Made by a program: the position numbers and the translations under genes
From: an uncultured delta proteobacterium
Lineage (GTDB): Bacteria > Desulfobacterota > Binatia > UBA9968
NCBI GenBank assembly: GCA_963728565.1
Contig: CAVSLC010000006.1
Span: 56,940-120,939 of the forward strand
DNA: 64,000 nucleotides
Direction: 5' to 3'
The notes under the pieces: generated by a model
The model's input: the letters and a program-made list of their open reading frames with translations, nothing else
Database searches by the model: none
What the model was told of the DNA's origin: nothing
Shown: piece by piece, positions 48,641-58,147 of the stretch
Numbering within the stretch: the stretch's first letter is position 1
Layout: each line of letters begins with the position of its first letter

Positions 48641-49477
48641 CTACCCGATATCCGGTTGCCAGGTTGCAAGCGTCGCGGCCGTCGACCAGTCCTTGCCGCA
48701 AATGTAATCGGTGAAAGAAGGTTTCAGATTGCCGAGCACGCCCTGAAGCGTGATCCAGATCAGAATTTCGTTGGCCACTCCCGCGCGTTCGAGTGTTTCC
48801 GGCGTGGCTTTGTTGACCATCTCCTGAGACTTGGCGTCCTTTACCAAGTCGAGGAACTCCAAATCCAGGGCGGTGTCGATGGATCCCATCTTGGGTCCGC
48901 CGATGTCTCCGGAAAAGCTGCCGCTGGCCAGCACAGCGACCTTGCTGTTGTAGTGATTACGAATGTATTCGCCGATCTGCTGGCCGAGCCGAAAACATCG
49001 GGCGGCGGTGGGTCTGGGCGGCAGCATGCCATTGATGTGCAAGGGCACGATCGGCAGATCCATGCGTGGCGTCAGCAGACTTAACGGCACCATGAAGGCG
49101 TGGTCGAGAATCATCTCTTGCGAATAACTGAAGTCGATGCCGTTTTCTATGCCGTAGCTAAGCAGCCCCTTGGCCATTGTCGTATCTACTTTCAAAGTGG
49201 CGCGCGGAATGCGCAGTTCCGCCATTTCCTTGGGCGCGGGTCCGGTGCAGGTGTCCGATACGCCGAGACAGAACATCGGCGCGTTATTATAAAAAAAGTT
49301 GGTGACGTGATCGCTGGTCAAAATCAGCAGGCAGTCCGGAGAAGCTTCCGACAAGCCTTTTTTCAAATGGCCGAAGGCAGCGTCGAGTTTGCCCTGGACA
49401 TCGGGGGACATCTTGTCGGGGCGAGAGGTAATATTGGGATTGTGCGGCGCGGCAAGCCCTAGGACGATCTTACCCAT
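48641..49477 (-). CDS. LigB-like (type II extradiol ring-cleavage dioxygenase) subunit
   Basis: GLAAPHNP, SDHVTNFF, LDHAFMVPL and NEILIW; SGSFSG where GGLSH is expected. Confidence 0.82.
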   Translation of the reverse strand: MGKIVLGLAAPHNPNITSRPDKMSPDVQGKLDAAFGHLKKGLSEASPDCLLILTSDHVTNFFYNNAPMFCLGVSDTCTGPAPKEMAELRIPRATLKVDTTMAKGLLSYGIENGIDFSYSQEMILDHAFMVPLSLLTPRMDLPIVPLHINGMLPPRPTAARCFRLGQQIGEYIRNHYNSKVAVLASGSFSGDIGGPKMGSIDTALDLEFLDLVKDAKSQEMVNKATPETLERAGVANEILIWITLQGVLGNLKPSFTDYICGKDWSTAATLATWQPDIG

Positions 49478-49482
49478 GATAA

Positions 49483-49734
49483 CTATTCTCCTCGTACTTG
49501 TTTAAAGTAGATAGCCGGCTTCAGATCCATCAGCCGGGAAAACTGCCAGAGCAGAAAACTATGCGCTCCCATCCGGTAAAGTTCCCCGGCATTGACTTCC
49601 TGAAGCGCTTTAACCTCGAAATCCTCCAAGTCGTAACGTTTGAGAACCTCGTTGGGGTTCTGCTTGTATTTTCCTTGCAGCTCCAAATCGTTGAACAGCG
49701 CGAACAGGAGTTTATCGACCTGATAAAGGCTCAT
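49483..49734 (-). CDS. LigA-like small subunit
   Basis: MSLYQVDKLLF.L, YDL...E..AL and LYRMGAH..LL; directly upstream of the ligB-like gene. Confidence 0.78.
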   Translation of the reverse strand: MSLYQVDKLLFALFNDLELQGKYKQNPNEVLKRYDLEDFEVKALQEVNAGELYRMGAHSFLLWQFSRLMDLKPAIYFKQVRGE

Positions 49735-50732
49735 TTGTTCTTCCTCATCTCTTCGTTAAGCGACCTTACGATCGACAAGTCATAAACACTTTCGGGAGCG
49801 ACGTCGCGCTCGACCTTGAGCGATTTCCTCTGAAAGGCGATCATTTTTTCCTGAAGGCTGCGAGGAATCGTGCCGTCGACGGACATGACCCGCAACCAGG
49901 CTCTATAAACGTCGGTGGCTTCAGCTTCGGAGACTTTCATGATCGGCACCATGCGGGCCACTACTTCCTTCTCATTGTTCTTCAGCCAGTGAAATCCCCT
50001 CAGTGTGCCCCGGAGGAATTTATGAACGAGGTCGGGTCTCTGGGCCAACGTTCTTTCGGTGGTCACAGCGCCGGCGGTGACAAATTCCAGGTCGTCGCCG
50101 TAAAAGAGCAATTCGTTGAAACCGTTCTTTTTGGCGATGATGCGATCCATCTGATTGACCACCGCCGCATCAACGGCGCCGCTCATGAGCGCTGCGAGCC
50201 GGTTCGGCGTAGGTTCGACTGCGCGGAGAACCACATCCTTTTGCGGATTGATGCCGTGTTTGGGCAGCAGGTCGCGGGTCATCTGATCCAATGCCGCACC
50301 GAAGCTCGACACAGCGATCTGTTTTCCGCCTTTCAACTCCTGCAGCGACTTGATCTCTTTGCGGGCGTACAGCCAGTTGAGCGGGCGGGTATCGAAAACC
50401 ATGACGATCTTGAGCGGCACGCCTCTGAGAATAGCGCCCGCGCCTTGGCCGAGAATCTGGCTGAAATCGAAGCTGCCGCCGACCAGTCCTTGAATCCCCG
50501 GCAGCATTCCCGCTTGAATCGGCAAAACCTCGAGGCCCTCCTCACGGTAAAAGCCTTTTTCCTTGGTGAACTTGTACAGAAGCGCATTACCGCTCACGCC
50601 GGCTGAGATGTGAAGATTGACTTCATCCAGTGCGAAAGAAGGTCGCGCCAAACCCAGAGTCCAAGCCAGACATGAAATCAACAGCAGGTTACTTGCTGGG
50701 TTGCGCAAGATTGATTTTGCTCTCGTGGTCAT
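49731..50732 (-). CDS. SsuA/THI5-like solute-binding protein (GGSFD.SQ.LG subfamily)
   Basis: Signal peptide, EKGFYREEGL, GIQGLVGGSFDFSQILG; close paralog of 45988..46983. Confidence 0.85.
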   Translation of the reverse strand: MTTRAKSILRNPASNLLLISCLAWTLGLARPSFALDEVNLHISAGVSGNALLYKFTKEKGFYREEGLEVLPIQAGMLPGIQGLVGGSFDFSQILGQGAGAILRGVPLKIVMVFDTRPLNWLYARKEIKSLQELKGGKQIAVSSFGAALDQMTRDLLPKHGINPQKDVVLRAVEPTPNRLAALMSGAVDAAVVNQMDRIIAKKNGFNELLFYGDDLEFVTAGAVTTERTLAQRPDLVHKFLRGTLRGFHWLKNNEKEVVARMVPIMKVSEAEATDVYRAWLRVMSVDGTIPRSLQEKMIAFQRKSLKVERDVAPESVYDLSIVRSLNEEMRKNK

Positions 50733-50771
50733 GTGTGGTCCCTCTAGCCTAGCAGGGTGCGAAAAAAGCAC

Positions 50772-50896
50772 CTGCAGGCTGCTCAATCGAGATGCGAGGC
50801 GCGCAAAAATCGACGAGCTAAGACATACTTCCAGTATGTTGCAGCGAGGCGATTGAGCGGCAACGAAGCATATGGGTCTTTTGGAGCAGCCTGCAG
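50772..50896 (-). mobile_element. MITE-like palindromic element, copy 2
   Basis: Perfect 13-bp TIR CTGCAGGCTGCTC...GAGCAGCCTGCAG; shares CATATGCTTCGTT and CCTCGCAT with copy 1. Confidence 0.65.
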
Positions 50897-50897
50897 C

Positions 50898-51941
50898 TTA
50901 GAATCCATATTTGTCTTGAGCTGCGACCGCTATGCCGAGCGCAGTTTTCAGCTCGGCGCGGCTGCTGACTTCTTCAAAAGCTTGCTTGACGGCATCGTCC
51001 CGGACGATGTCTTTAACCGACATGGGCCGCGAAAGTTTACCGGACTTCACCATTTCGTCGGCGATTCTTTGAACCGACTCGGGCGTAATCCCGCCATCGA
51101 TCGGGATAGCCCAGCTTTCGACCCGATCCGGCGCGGTGACAATGGCCACGACGCCACGCTCGTCTTCATTGTGGGTATTGGTTCTTCTAAGCCTTTTCTC
51201 GAGGTCCCGGAGATATTCGAAATTGTTTACGTCGCGCATAAACCAGAAGGCGCGGATGATTGCGCGAAAATAGGCGCGCAGCTCGTCCCCGCGCTTGTCG
51301 ATCGTCTGGCCGGTCGCGACGGTGAGTTTGCCGGGCCGCCGAGGAAAGACAGTATTGGGATCGAGAATCATCGGATAGCCTTCGCTCTCGAGCTGGTCGG
51401 AAAAGGGCGGCTGCGAGGTGATCGCATCGATCTTTCCCGAGCGCAGCATTTCCATATGAGCTGGGTTATTTCGATAGCCAAAGACAGGATCGTAGACCCA
51501 CTCAACTTCTCTTTCCGGATCCACACCCGCTGCCTCGAGCGCATTGGTGATAAAGACCTGCACCAAGCCTTCCTTCTCGCGCATGCCGATGCGGCCGCCC
51601 CGCAGCTTGCTCATGTCCGCGACGTGCTTCGCGCCGTACCATCTGAGAAAGGGCGTGTAGCGCCAGCCGCCGGCGATATAGACATCGGCGCCCAGGGAAC
51701 GCTGGTAGATCGCCGCCTCGACATCGACCGCGGTGGCGATATCCACTCCATGGTTGGTGATCGCCATTGCCAGCCCATCGCGCTCGAGCGGCCCGGGAAT
51801 CAAACCGCGCGCATCGTATTCGTATTGTTTGAGACCTTCCTGATTGAAAAAACCCTGCTCTTCGGCGACGAAGATCGCGACCTGATGGCCGACGTGATAG
51901 TTGCTGTTGGCGATCAAAATGGGTTGATCTAACGTGCTCAT
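50898..51941 (-). CDS. Signal-peptide-less SBP-fold protein, paralog 2
   Basis: MSTLDQPILIANSNYHVGH, GGWRYTPF, DPVFGYRNNPAH, RRPGK and THNEDE, all shared with 44942..45991. Confidence 0.75.
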   Translation of the reverse strand: MSTLDQPILIANSNYHVGHQVAIFVAEEQGFFNQEGLKQYEYDARGLIPGPLERDGLAMAITNHGVDIATAVDVEAAIYQRSLGADVYIAGGWRYTPFLRWYGAKHVADMSKLRGGRIGMREKEGLVQVFITNALEAAGVDPEREVEWVYDPVFGYRNNPAHMEMLRSGKIDAITSQPPFSDQLESEGYPMILDPNTVFPRRPGKLTVATGQTIDKRGDELRAYFRAIIRAFWFMRDVNNFEYLRDLEKRLRRTNTHNEDERGVVAIVTAPDRVESWAIPIDGGITPESVQRIADEMVKSGKLSRPMSVKDIVRDDAVKQAFEEVSSRAELKTALGIAVAAQDKYGF

Positions 51942-52046
51942 TTGAGTCCTTTAAGTCCTTTCGTTGATGTGTCGCGAAGATGCCGCAATGGAGTGCCGCT
52001 CGCCAGCGATAATTCAGTACTCCAATTCTTCATTACTCCAGCAGTG

Positions 52047-52997
52047 TCATGTGCCAGCCGCGAAAATCTCGTTGATGTCGAGGCGGCGTTCCGTAAGCCG
52101 CTGTTCAAACGCATAGTCGAGCAAGGTCTCCAGTACGACTTGGTTTTCTTTCACAGAGTAGGGCCATGGGTCCGAACCGAGCAGCGCGCGTTCCTCTTCC
52201 TGCTCGGCGCCGAACCACGCCAGAGACGAGCGGCGATGGTCGGCCCAGTATTTATAGGCCTGCTGCTTGGCGTCCTCAAAAGCGCGCACGAGCCGTGAAG
52301 CCACCTCGCCATCACGCTCGAGCACTTCATCCTTGACGACGACCAAGTGACGGATCGGAAAAATGCCGGTGCGGCGATAGTAGTCCACTTCGACTTCGCG
52401 ATAGTTGGGCCACAGCCGTCGCACCACTTTGTTGATGTTAGACACGTCGGCTCCACTGTCTGACAGTATTTGCGCGTCCAACTCGCCTGCTTTGAGTAAA
52501 TCTTGCATCTTTCGACCGGCCGGCGCGCGCTCGATGCGCAGCCAGGAGGGCGCAGACCAGCCCGGCACATCCTCCGAGCCATCGGCGACCCAGTGGATCT
52601 CGCTCGGCGGCAGGTTAAAGTCATGTTGCAGCAGACCGCGGATCCAGAGGGCGATTGGATTGAAATGCCCATGCACGCCGACACGGCGGCCGCGCAACTC
52701 CTCTGGGCGGAGAATGTTTGAGTCGATGCGCACCATGACGCAACTGTGATTGAACCGGCGGTGCGGAAACACCGGGATCGCGGTGATCGGTGCTCCTCGG
52801 CTTTTGAGTCCGAGATACTGCGCAATCTGCAACTCGCAGACGTCGAATTCGAGATTGCGCACAAACCGGGTGTGACGCTCGGCGGAGGAGAGCGGGATCA
52901 CGGTTAAATCCAGTCCGGGTGTAGCGACAGTGCGGTCGATCAGGGGACGTGTACGGTCGTAGTCACCGCATGACAGTGTCAGGCGAGTGTCGGCCAT
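52047..52997 (-). CDS. 4,5-Dihydroxyphthalate decarboxylase-like protein (SBP fold)
   Basis: LTLSCGDYDRTRPL, EFDVCEL, AIPVFPHRRF.HS, YYRRTGIFPI.H.VV and LG.DPWPY. Confidence 0.82.
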   Translation of the reverse strand: MADTRLTLSCGDYDRTRPLIDRTVATPGLDLTVIPLSSAERHTRFVRNLEFDVCELQIAQYLGLKSRGAPITAIPVFPHRRFNHSCVMVRIDSNILRPEELRGRRVGVHGHFNPIALWIRGLLQHDFNLPPSEIHWVADGSEDVPGWSAPSWLRIERAPAGRKMQDLLKAGELDAQILSDSGADVSNINKVVRRLWPNYREVEVDYYRRTGIFPIRHLVVVKDEVLERDGEVASRLVRAFEDAKQQAYKYWADHRRSSLAWFGAEQEEERALLGSDPWPYSVKENQVVLETLLDYAFEQRLTERRLDINEIFAAGT

Positions 52998-53075
52998 CGT
53001 ATGTCCTTACTATCTTCGTTGGCGCGAGTGTGTGATTCTCGTGGGTTCATCGATGAACTGAAGAATTGACTTTTC

Positions 53076-54062
53076 CTACCGTGAAATACCGCTTTCGCTC
53101 TGCTTGACAAACGAAGTATCGATGATTTCATTGGCATCCACCGCTTTTGCTTGCGGAAACTGCACCGACATCATATCGAGAGCCGTCAGCACCGCATCGG
53201 CGGATGGATAGGGCGTCCTCTGAATTTTGGCGCTGAAATAATTATAGGTTTCCGCGAGGATATCATCGTTTGCGCCGCGCAGATACTTTCGCATCACCGC
53301 CATGCTGGTTTCTTTGTTGGTTTTGAATATCTGAATCCCCTCCATTAGGGTCCTGACCAGTCTCACGGTGATTTCCGGATTTTTTTTGACATTTACTTTC
53401 AAAGTCGACACGCCGACATACGGGTAGGGAATTCCCATTTCGTCAAAATCGAGCATCTCGCGAAATCCCATGCGACTGGCCAATAACCGGGTCGGTGTCG
53501 TGAGCACCGCGGCATCGACGACCCCTTTCTCCAGCGCCGGCAGTATGCTCGGCCCATCGCCGAGAGGAACTATTTTGACGTCGCGCGCGGGGTCGAGATT
53601 CAATTTCTTCTTCAGAATGTAGTGCAGCATCACATCCGTAATCGCGCCTGGACGCCCCGAGCCCACCACTTTCCCGCGCAGGTCCGCCGGTTTACTGATT
53701 TGTGGCTTGGAGAACAGCGACGTGCCCGTGACATTTAGAAACGTTGCAATGATCACCAGATCCTTTTGCCCGACGGCGTAAGAGGACACGACGCCGGTGC
53801 CGGTCGAAATGACGTATTGGGCATCGCCGCTCAGCAACAACTGGTGCGGCCGTGCTCTTCCCGCGTAAACCGCTTCGAGATCCAAGCCGTATTTTCTTCC
53901 CAAACGTTCATCGACGGCGATCCACAGAGGAGTGTACCCGCCGGTGAACGAAGAGTAGATGATCTTCAGTCGCTGCGTCTCACCGGCAGCCAATGAGGCC
54001 GAAACGGAGACGAACAATTGCATGGATAAAATCAATCCAACGAGCCGATTAATGCGCTTCAC
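53076..54062 (-). CDS. SsuA/THI5-like solute-binding protein
   Basis: GGAG RBS and GTG 54062, signal peptide, PLWIAV, DLRGKVVG, IIDTSFVK. Confidence 0.82.
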   Translation of the reverse strand: MKRINRLVGLILSMQLFVSVSASLAAGETQRLKIIYSSFTGGYTPLWIAVDERLGRKYGLDLEAVYAGRARPHQLLLSGDAQYVISTGTGVVSSYAVGQKDLVIIATFLNVTGTSLFSKPQISKPADLRGKVVGSGRPGAITDVMLHYILKKKLNLDPARDVKIVPLGDGPSILPALEKGVVDAAVLTTPTRLLASRMGFREMLDFDEMGIPYPYVGVSTLKVNVKKNPEITVRLVRTLMEGIQIFKTNKETSMAVMRKYLRGANDDILAETYNYFSAKIQRTPYPSADAVLTALDMMSVQFPQAKAVDANEIIDTSFVKQSESGISR

Positions 54063-54321
54063 TCGGTTACTCCTATGCTGTGTGTAGTTCTTGTCGCCTG
54101 ATTCGCGCGTCTTTACAACCAGTATCATCTTGTCGAGAGGCCGGCACACCCGCGGCGGATCAACATTGCAGCTTGTATCGGAGAGACGACTAAGCGTCGC
54201 ACCCTTGTCTATGGAACAACTTCAACATGCTTCTGAAGATTAATCCGTCCGAAGTTAGTCTCGCCCAGCGGGCTGATTTGAAGTCTCAGCAGAGAAGCGA
54301 TCAGCGGCATCAGAGCCGGCA

Positions 54322-55287
54322 TCACTGGTCTAAACTTGCCACGGCCTTTTTGTAAAAGCGCTCCTCGATGTACTTTTCGGGCTTCGGCAGTGGCGGTTTC
54401 ATCAGCCCGGCGATCTCTCGAATTGGAGAACCGATTGGATCCCCTCTATGTCGATCTGGCTTCTTTGGCTGAAGCCGAATCGAGGACTGGTGCTTTCTTC
54501 GTACATCGCTTCAGCACGAACCTTGTTGTTGCGGTTCTCAGGCATAAGCATCGCAATAACTTCATCCTCGGTGATTCGGCTCAGTGACCCAATCAGTGGC
54601 GCGGATCATGGCGCGGATGAAGCGGACCAGCAGGTCTTCGTTTTTGTTGGCCCAGTCGCGCCGGGTCGCGCCGAGTCCTCTGGCATAGTGCTGGACGTAA
54701 TCTTCGGCTTTAGCCAGGACTTTAAAGCCGCGCTTTTGAATTTCGTCATCGGCGAGACTCATCATCGCGGCCGACGCCTCGCCGCGGCTCATCGCCTCCG
54801 CGCGCTTGGTGGTATTACCGAAGGCTTTGAACGTGTAGTCCTTGTTCAACTCCAAGCCCTGCTTCTTGAGTATGTGGACGCCGACAATCGCATAGCCGGT
54901 GGTGGGCGCGTCTACGGCAAAGACTGTGCCCTTGAGATCGCCGTAATCATGGATCGCCGGTCCGACGATCAGCTTCTGATTAACGCCGCGGTTACCGCCC
55001 AGAAAAATTATGAAATCATTCTTCTGAGGGTCTTCCCCTTGGCCTTCCGCCCAGGCAATCACGTTATCGGCGTTATTCATGATGAGGTCGTACTTGCCGC
55101 TGATGAGATTACGCAGCAGAGTAGGGGAATCGGTGACCGTATCGATTTGGATACGGATATTCTCTTTTTTGAAAAAGCCTTTGGCGTCGGCTGCGATGAT
55201 TGCGGGGTCCTTGTTGAACAATCCAATCTGGATGACATCTTCAGCCATAACTATGTCCGGCAGGAGCCATAAGAAAGCCCCTGTCAT
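54322..55287 (-). CDS. SsuA/THI5-like solute-binding protein with one frameshift near 54570
   Basis: AADAKGFFKKENI, DLKGTVFAVDA and VRFIRAMI; after the shift the frame continues DEVIAML...PEKYIEERFYKKAV to a stop at 54322. Confidence 0.75.
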
Positions 55288-55528
55288 ACCTCCTTGTATT
55301 TTATTTCTTTTCCATAGAAGTCAGTTTTGTGTTTCGATCGATTAATACAGTTTTCGTTCCGTGTCAACGATCTGCGTAGCATCAAGAGGTGTCTCAGAAA
55401 ATTGTGTCGGCGCAGTGATTTACCGCGCAGGCGGCGAGAGCGGCAGAGAAGGCGATCGCCGTGTGCTCCACATAAGAGAGATGCGATACTCTAGCTGAGG
55501 AACCACTCCGGGTCACCGTCGCAACACA

Positions 55529-55960
55529 ATGAAGAGATTCAAACCCCGCACGATCCGGCTCATGGGCCGATTTCATGCAAATGTCTGGAGATTAACCCGC
55601 GGCAGGTTTGTCGATGCTATTGGAGCGGCGCCGTTTCTTTTGCTGACTACCAAGGGCCGCAAAACCGGACGGTTGCGAACGACTCCGGTGCTTTACCTCG
55701 AGGATGGAAGCGATCTAATCGTGGTGGCTTCATTCGGTGGAAATGACATGCATCCCGATTGGTATCTCAATCTCAAAGACTGTCCGGAAGCTGAAGTCGT
55801 GATCAGAGGCGAGCGCCGGCGGGTGATCGCGCGCGAGATAACCATCGAGGAGAAAAAAATCATCTGGCCCCGATTGGTGAAGTCGTATCGGCAGTTCGAC
55901 GTGTATCAGCAACGCACCAGCCGAGAAATCCCGCTGGTGAGGTTGACGGCGAAAACTTAG
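55529..55960 (+). CDS. Deazaflavin (F420)-dependent nitroreductase family protein (Ddn-like)
   Basis: LLLTTKGRKTG..RTTPV, VVASFGG...HPDWYLNL and YQQRT.REIP.V.L. Confidence 0.88.
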   Translation: MKRFKPRTIRLMGRFHANVWRLTRGRFVDAIGAAPFLLLTTKGRKTGRLRTTPVLYLEDGSDLIVVASFGGNDMHPDWYLNLKDCPEAEVVIRGERRRVIAREITIEEKKIIWPRLVKSYRQFDVYQQRTSREIPLVRLTAKT

Positions 55961-56526
55961 GCTTGAACTGGCGAGACGGTGAGCTTTAGGACTTCTCGAT
56001 TCCTCTCGGGCCAGCATCAGATAAATATTGGGACAACTCTTAGCTATGTCCTGCCGATCTCAAATGGCCTGATCCTCACGAAGCCGACTTGAAATCGACT
56101 TCCTGCAGAAGATCTAAATGCTGATTCTTCAGTTCTTCAAAGGCGACAAGAAGCAAGCCGAGATAGTAGGGGGAGCTGTTCAAGATTCGGAGGACTTAAA
56201 GCCACAGCCCAAACCGGTACCGCAAGACCGCGTTGATAGATTTTGCCCGGTAATAATCGCTCACGAGACCGGAAACAATCCTAAGTCATTGCCCATGAGA
56301 TTGAATAGCCCCAGAGCATTTCGCGTCAGCATCGGGCCGAAGCCCGCCGGTGTCAACAGGACCTTCGCAGCGCCAGCGTATCGGATCGGAGTTCCACGCT
56401 GAGGCCCGCCCAACGCGTGTCATGAGCGGGTGAAAAACACCCTGGGCCTTCCCCCCTCGAAATCCGGTGTGTCCGGACGCCGCCCCCGGTGTGGGTCCTA
56501 CCACGTGCCCGCCCTGCCCGAGCACC

Positions 56527-56892
56527 CTATTCGTCTAATGGCTTCCCGCTACCCACCCAGGCCTCGAAGCCGCCGGCGATGTTGCTGACGTTCGAATACC
56601 CCATCCGTTGCAGGGTCTCCGCCGCCAGCGCCGAACGCGCCCCGCTCCGACAGTAGACGAGCACGGGGACCGAGGGGTCCGCCAGCTCGCGGCAGCTCCC
56701 GATGCGGAACTCCAGGAGGCCGCGCGGGATGTGGATGGCCCCGGGCAACCGGCCTGCCTCGAGCTCCGCGGGCTCGCGCACGTCGATCACCACGGTCCGC
56801 GGCTCGCCGAGGTGTTGTTCGGCGGTGTCCGGATCGATCTCGCGGATGTGTTTCTTGGCCTCCTGGACGAGGTCTTGTACGGTCATGGCCAT
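56527..56892 (-). CDS. Single-domain rhodanese
   Basis: VIDVREP.E, GAIHIPRGLLEF, active-site YCRSGARS and GGFEAW. Confidence 0.9.
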   Translation of the reverse strand: MAMTVQDLVQEAKKHIREIDPDTAEQHLGEPRTVVIDVREPAELEAGRLPGAIHIPRGLLEFRIGSCRELADPSVPVLVYCRSGARSALAAETLQRMGYSNVSNIAGGFEAWVGSGKPLDE

Positions 56893-56980
56893 GGTCCTTT
56901 CACCTCCGGCGCAGAGGATGCCACAGCGCGTTCATGCCTGGCAAATCATTCGTACCTGAGGCACTGGCGGCCGGGCCGGC

Positions 56981-58029
56981 TCACATGGAGACGCGCTTCA
57001 AGGCCTTGGCGGCGCCGGCCATGGCCTTGCGTTCCGCAGCCGGCATGGGGATCAGGCCCTTGGCCACGAGATAGCCCTTGTCGCCCCAGGCCCGATCGTG
57101 GGTGAACTCGGCGATATATTGGGCCAGACCGGGCACCTTCTCGACGCGGTCGCCCTTGACGTAGAAGTACAGCGTCCGGCTGACGGGGTATTGCAGCGAC
57201 GTGACGCTGTCGGCACTCGGGGCGACCCCCTCGATCGACACCGCGTCGAGCGTCTTGGAATGAGTGAAGAACTGGTTGTAGGCCATGATCGCGATGGCCC
57301 GGGGCGGGCCGATAGCTTGTCCGCCAGCTTGTCCGGGTTCTCCCGCACATAGGCGCCATCCTCGCGGATCGTACGACAGAGCGTGTCGAACCGGGCGGCG
57401 TCGCGGTCCTTCATGGCGGCGGCCGCCGGAAAACCCACGCACCCACCTTCCATCACCAGCTCGGAGAAGACTTCACGGGTTGCGGAGCCCTCGGGCGGCC
57501 CGAGCACCTCGATCTCGACATCGGGCAGGACCGGATCGACCTCCTTCCACGTCTTGAAGGGATTGCGCACGAATGTCTCGCAGCCCGCGCAGGCCGGATC
57601 CGGTATCTCCTTGGCGAGGGCCAGGTACAGGGCCTTGCGCGTGAGCCGCAGCGGCTCCTGTTTTTTCAGGCGCGCCAAGGTGACCGCACCATAGCCGATC
57701 TTGACCTCGACGAGGTTTTTGACGCCCGTCGAGCGGCAGAAGTCGAATTCGCGCCGTTCCATACGACGCGACGCATTGACGATGTCCGGGGCATCCGCGC
57801 CCGTACCCTCGCAAAACAACTTGATCCCGCCGCGGCTCCCGGTCGACTCCACCCAGGGCCGTTTCACCTTCTTGGACTTGGCGAGCTTGTCGGCGACGGC
57901 ATCGGCAAACGGCCGGATCGAATGCGATCCGACGATGTGCAGATACCCGCGCAGATCTGCCGCTTGTACTGGCTGCAGCACGACGGCAGCGACCACGACG
58001 GCGACCGAGAAGTGAACACGATAGCTCAT
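56981..58029 (-). CDS. pstS: PstS-family phosphate-binding protein, frameshift near 57310
   Basis: VESTGSRGGIKLFC.G, PDIVNASR, VLGPP..S.TRE.F.EL and IREDGAY; YPVSRTLYFYVK in the second frame. Confidence 0.8.
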
Positions 58030-58056
58030 GATATGTCTCACGGATCCTGGCCTCAG

Positions 58057-58087
58057 AAAAAAAGAACCCGCTCTGGCGAGCGGGTTC
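58057..58087 (-). terminator. Intrinsic terminator after the ompA-like gene
   Basis: Minus strand GAACCCGCTC-GCCA-GAGCGGGTTC followed by T7. Confidence 0.85.
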
Positions 58088-58147
58088 CGTAACGGGTAGC
58101 TGGTGAGTGGGCCGGGGACCGTCCGGTTGGTCCCCGGTTGCCGAGAC

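Noticed and set aside
56330-56525. GC-rich non-coding stretch as a 6S, SRP or tRNA-like RNA
   Set aside because: I could not find a cloverleaf, T-loop or other diagnostic motif; a cmscan would be needed.
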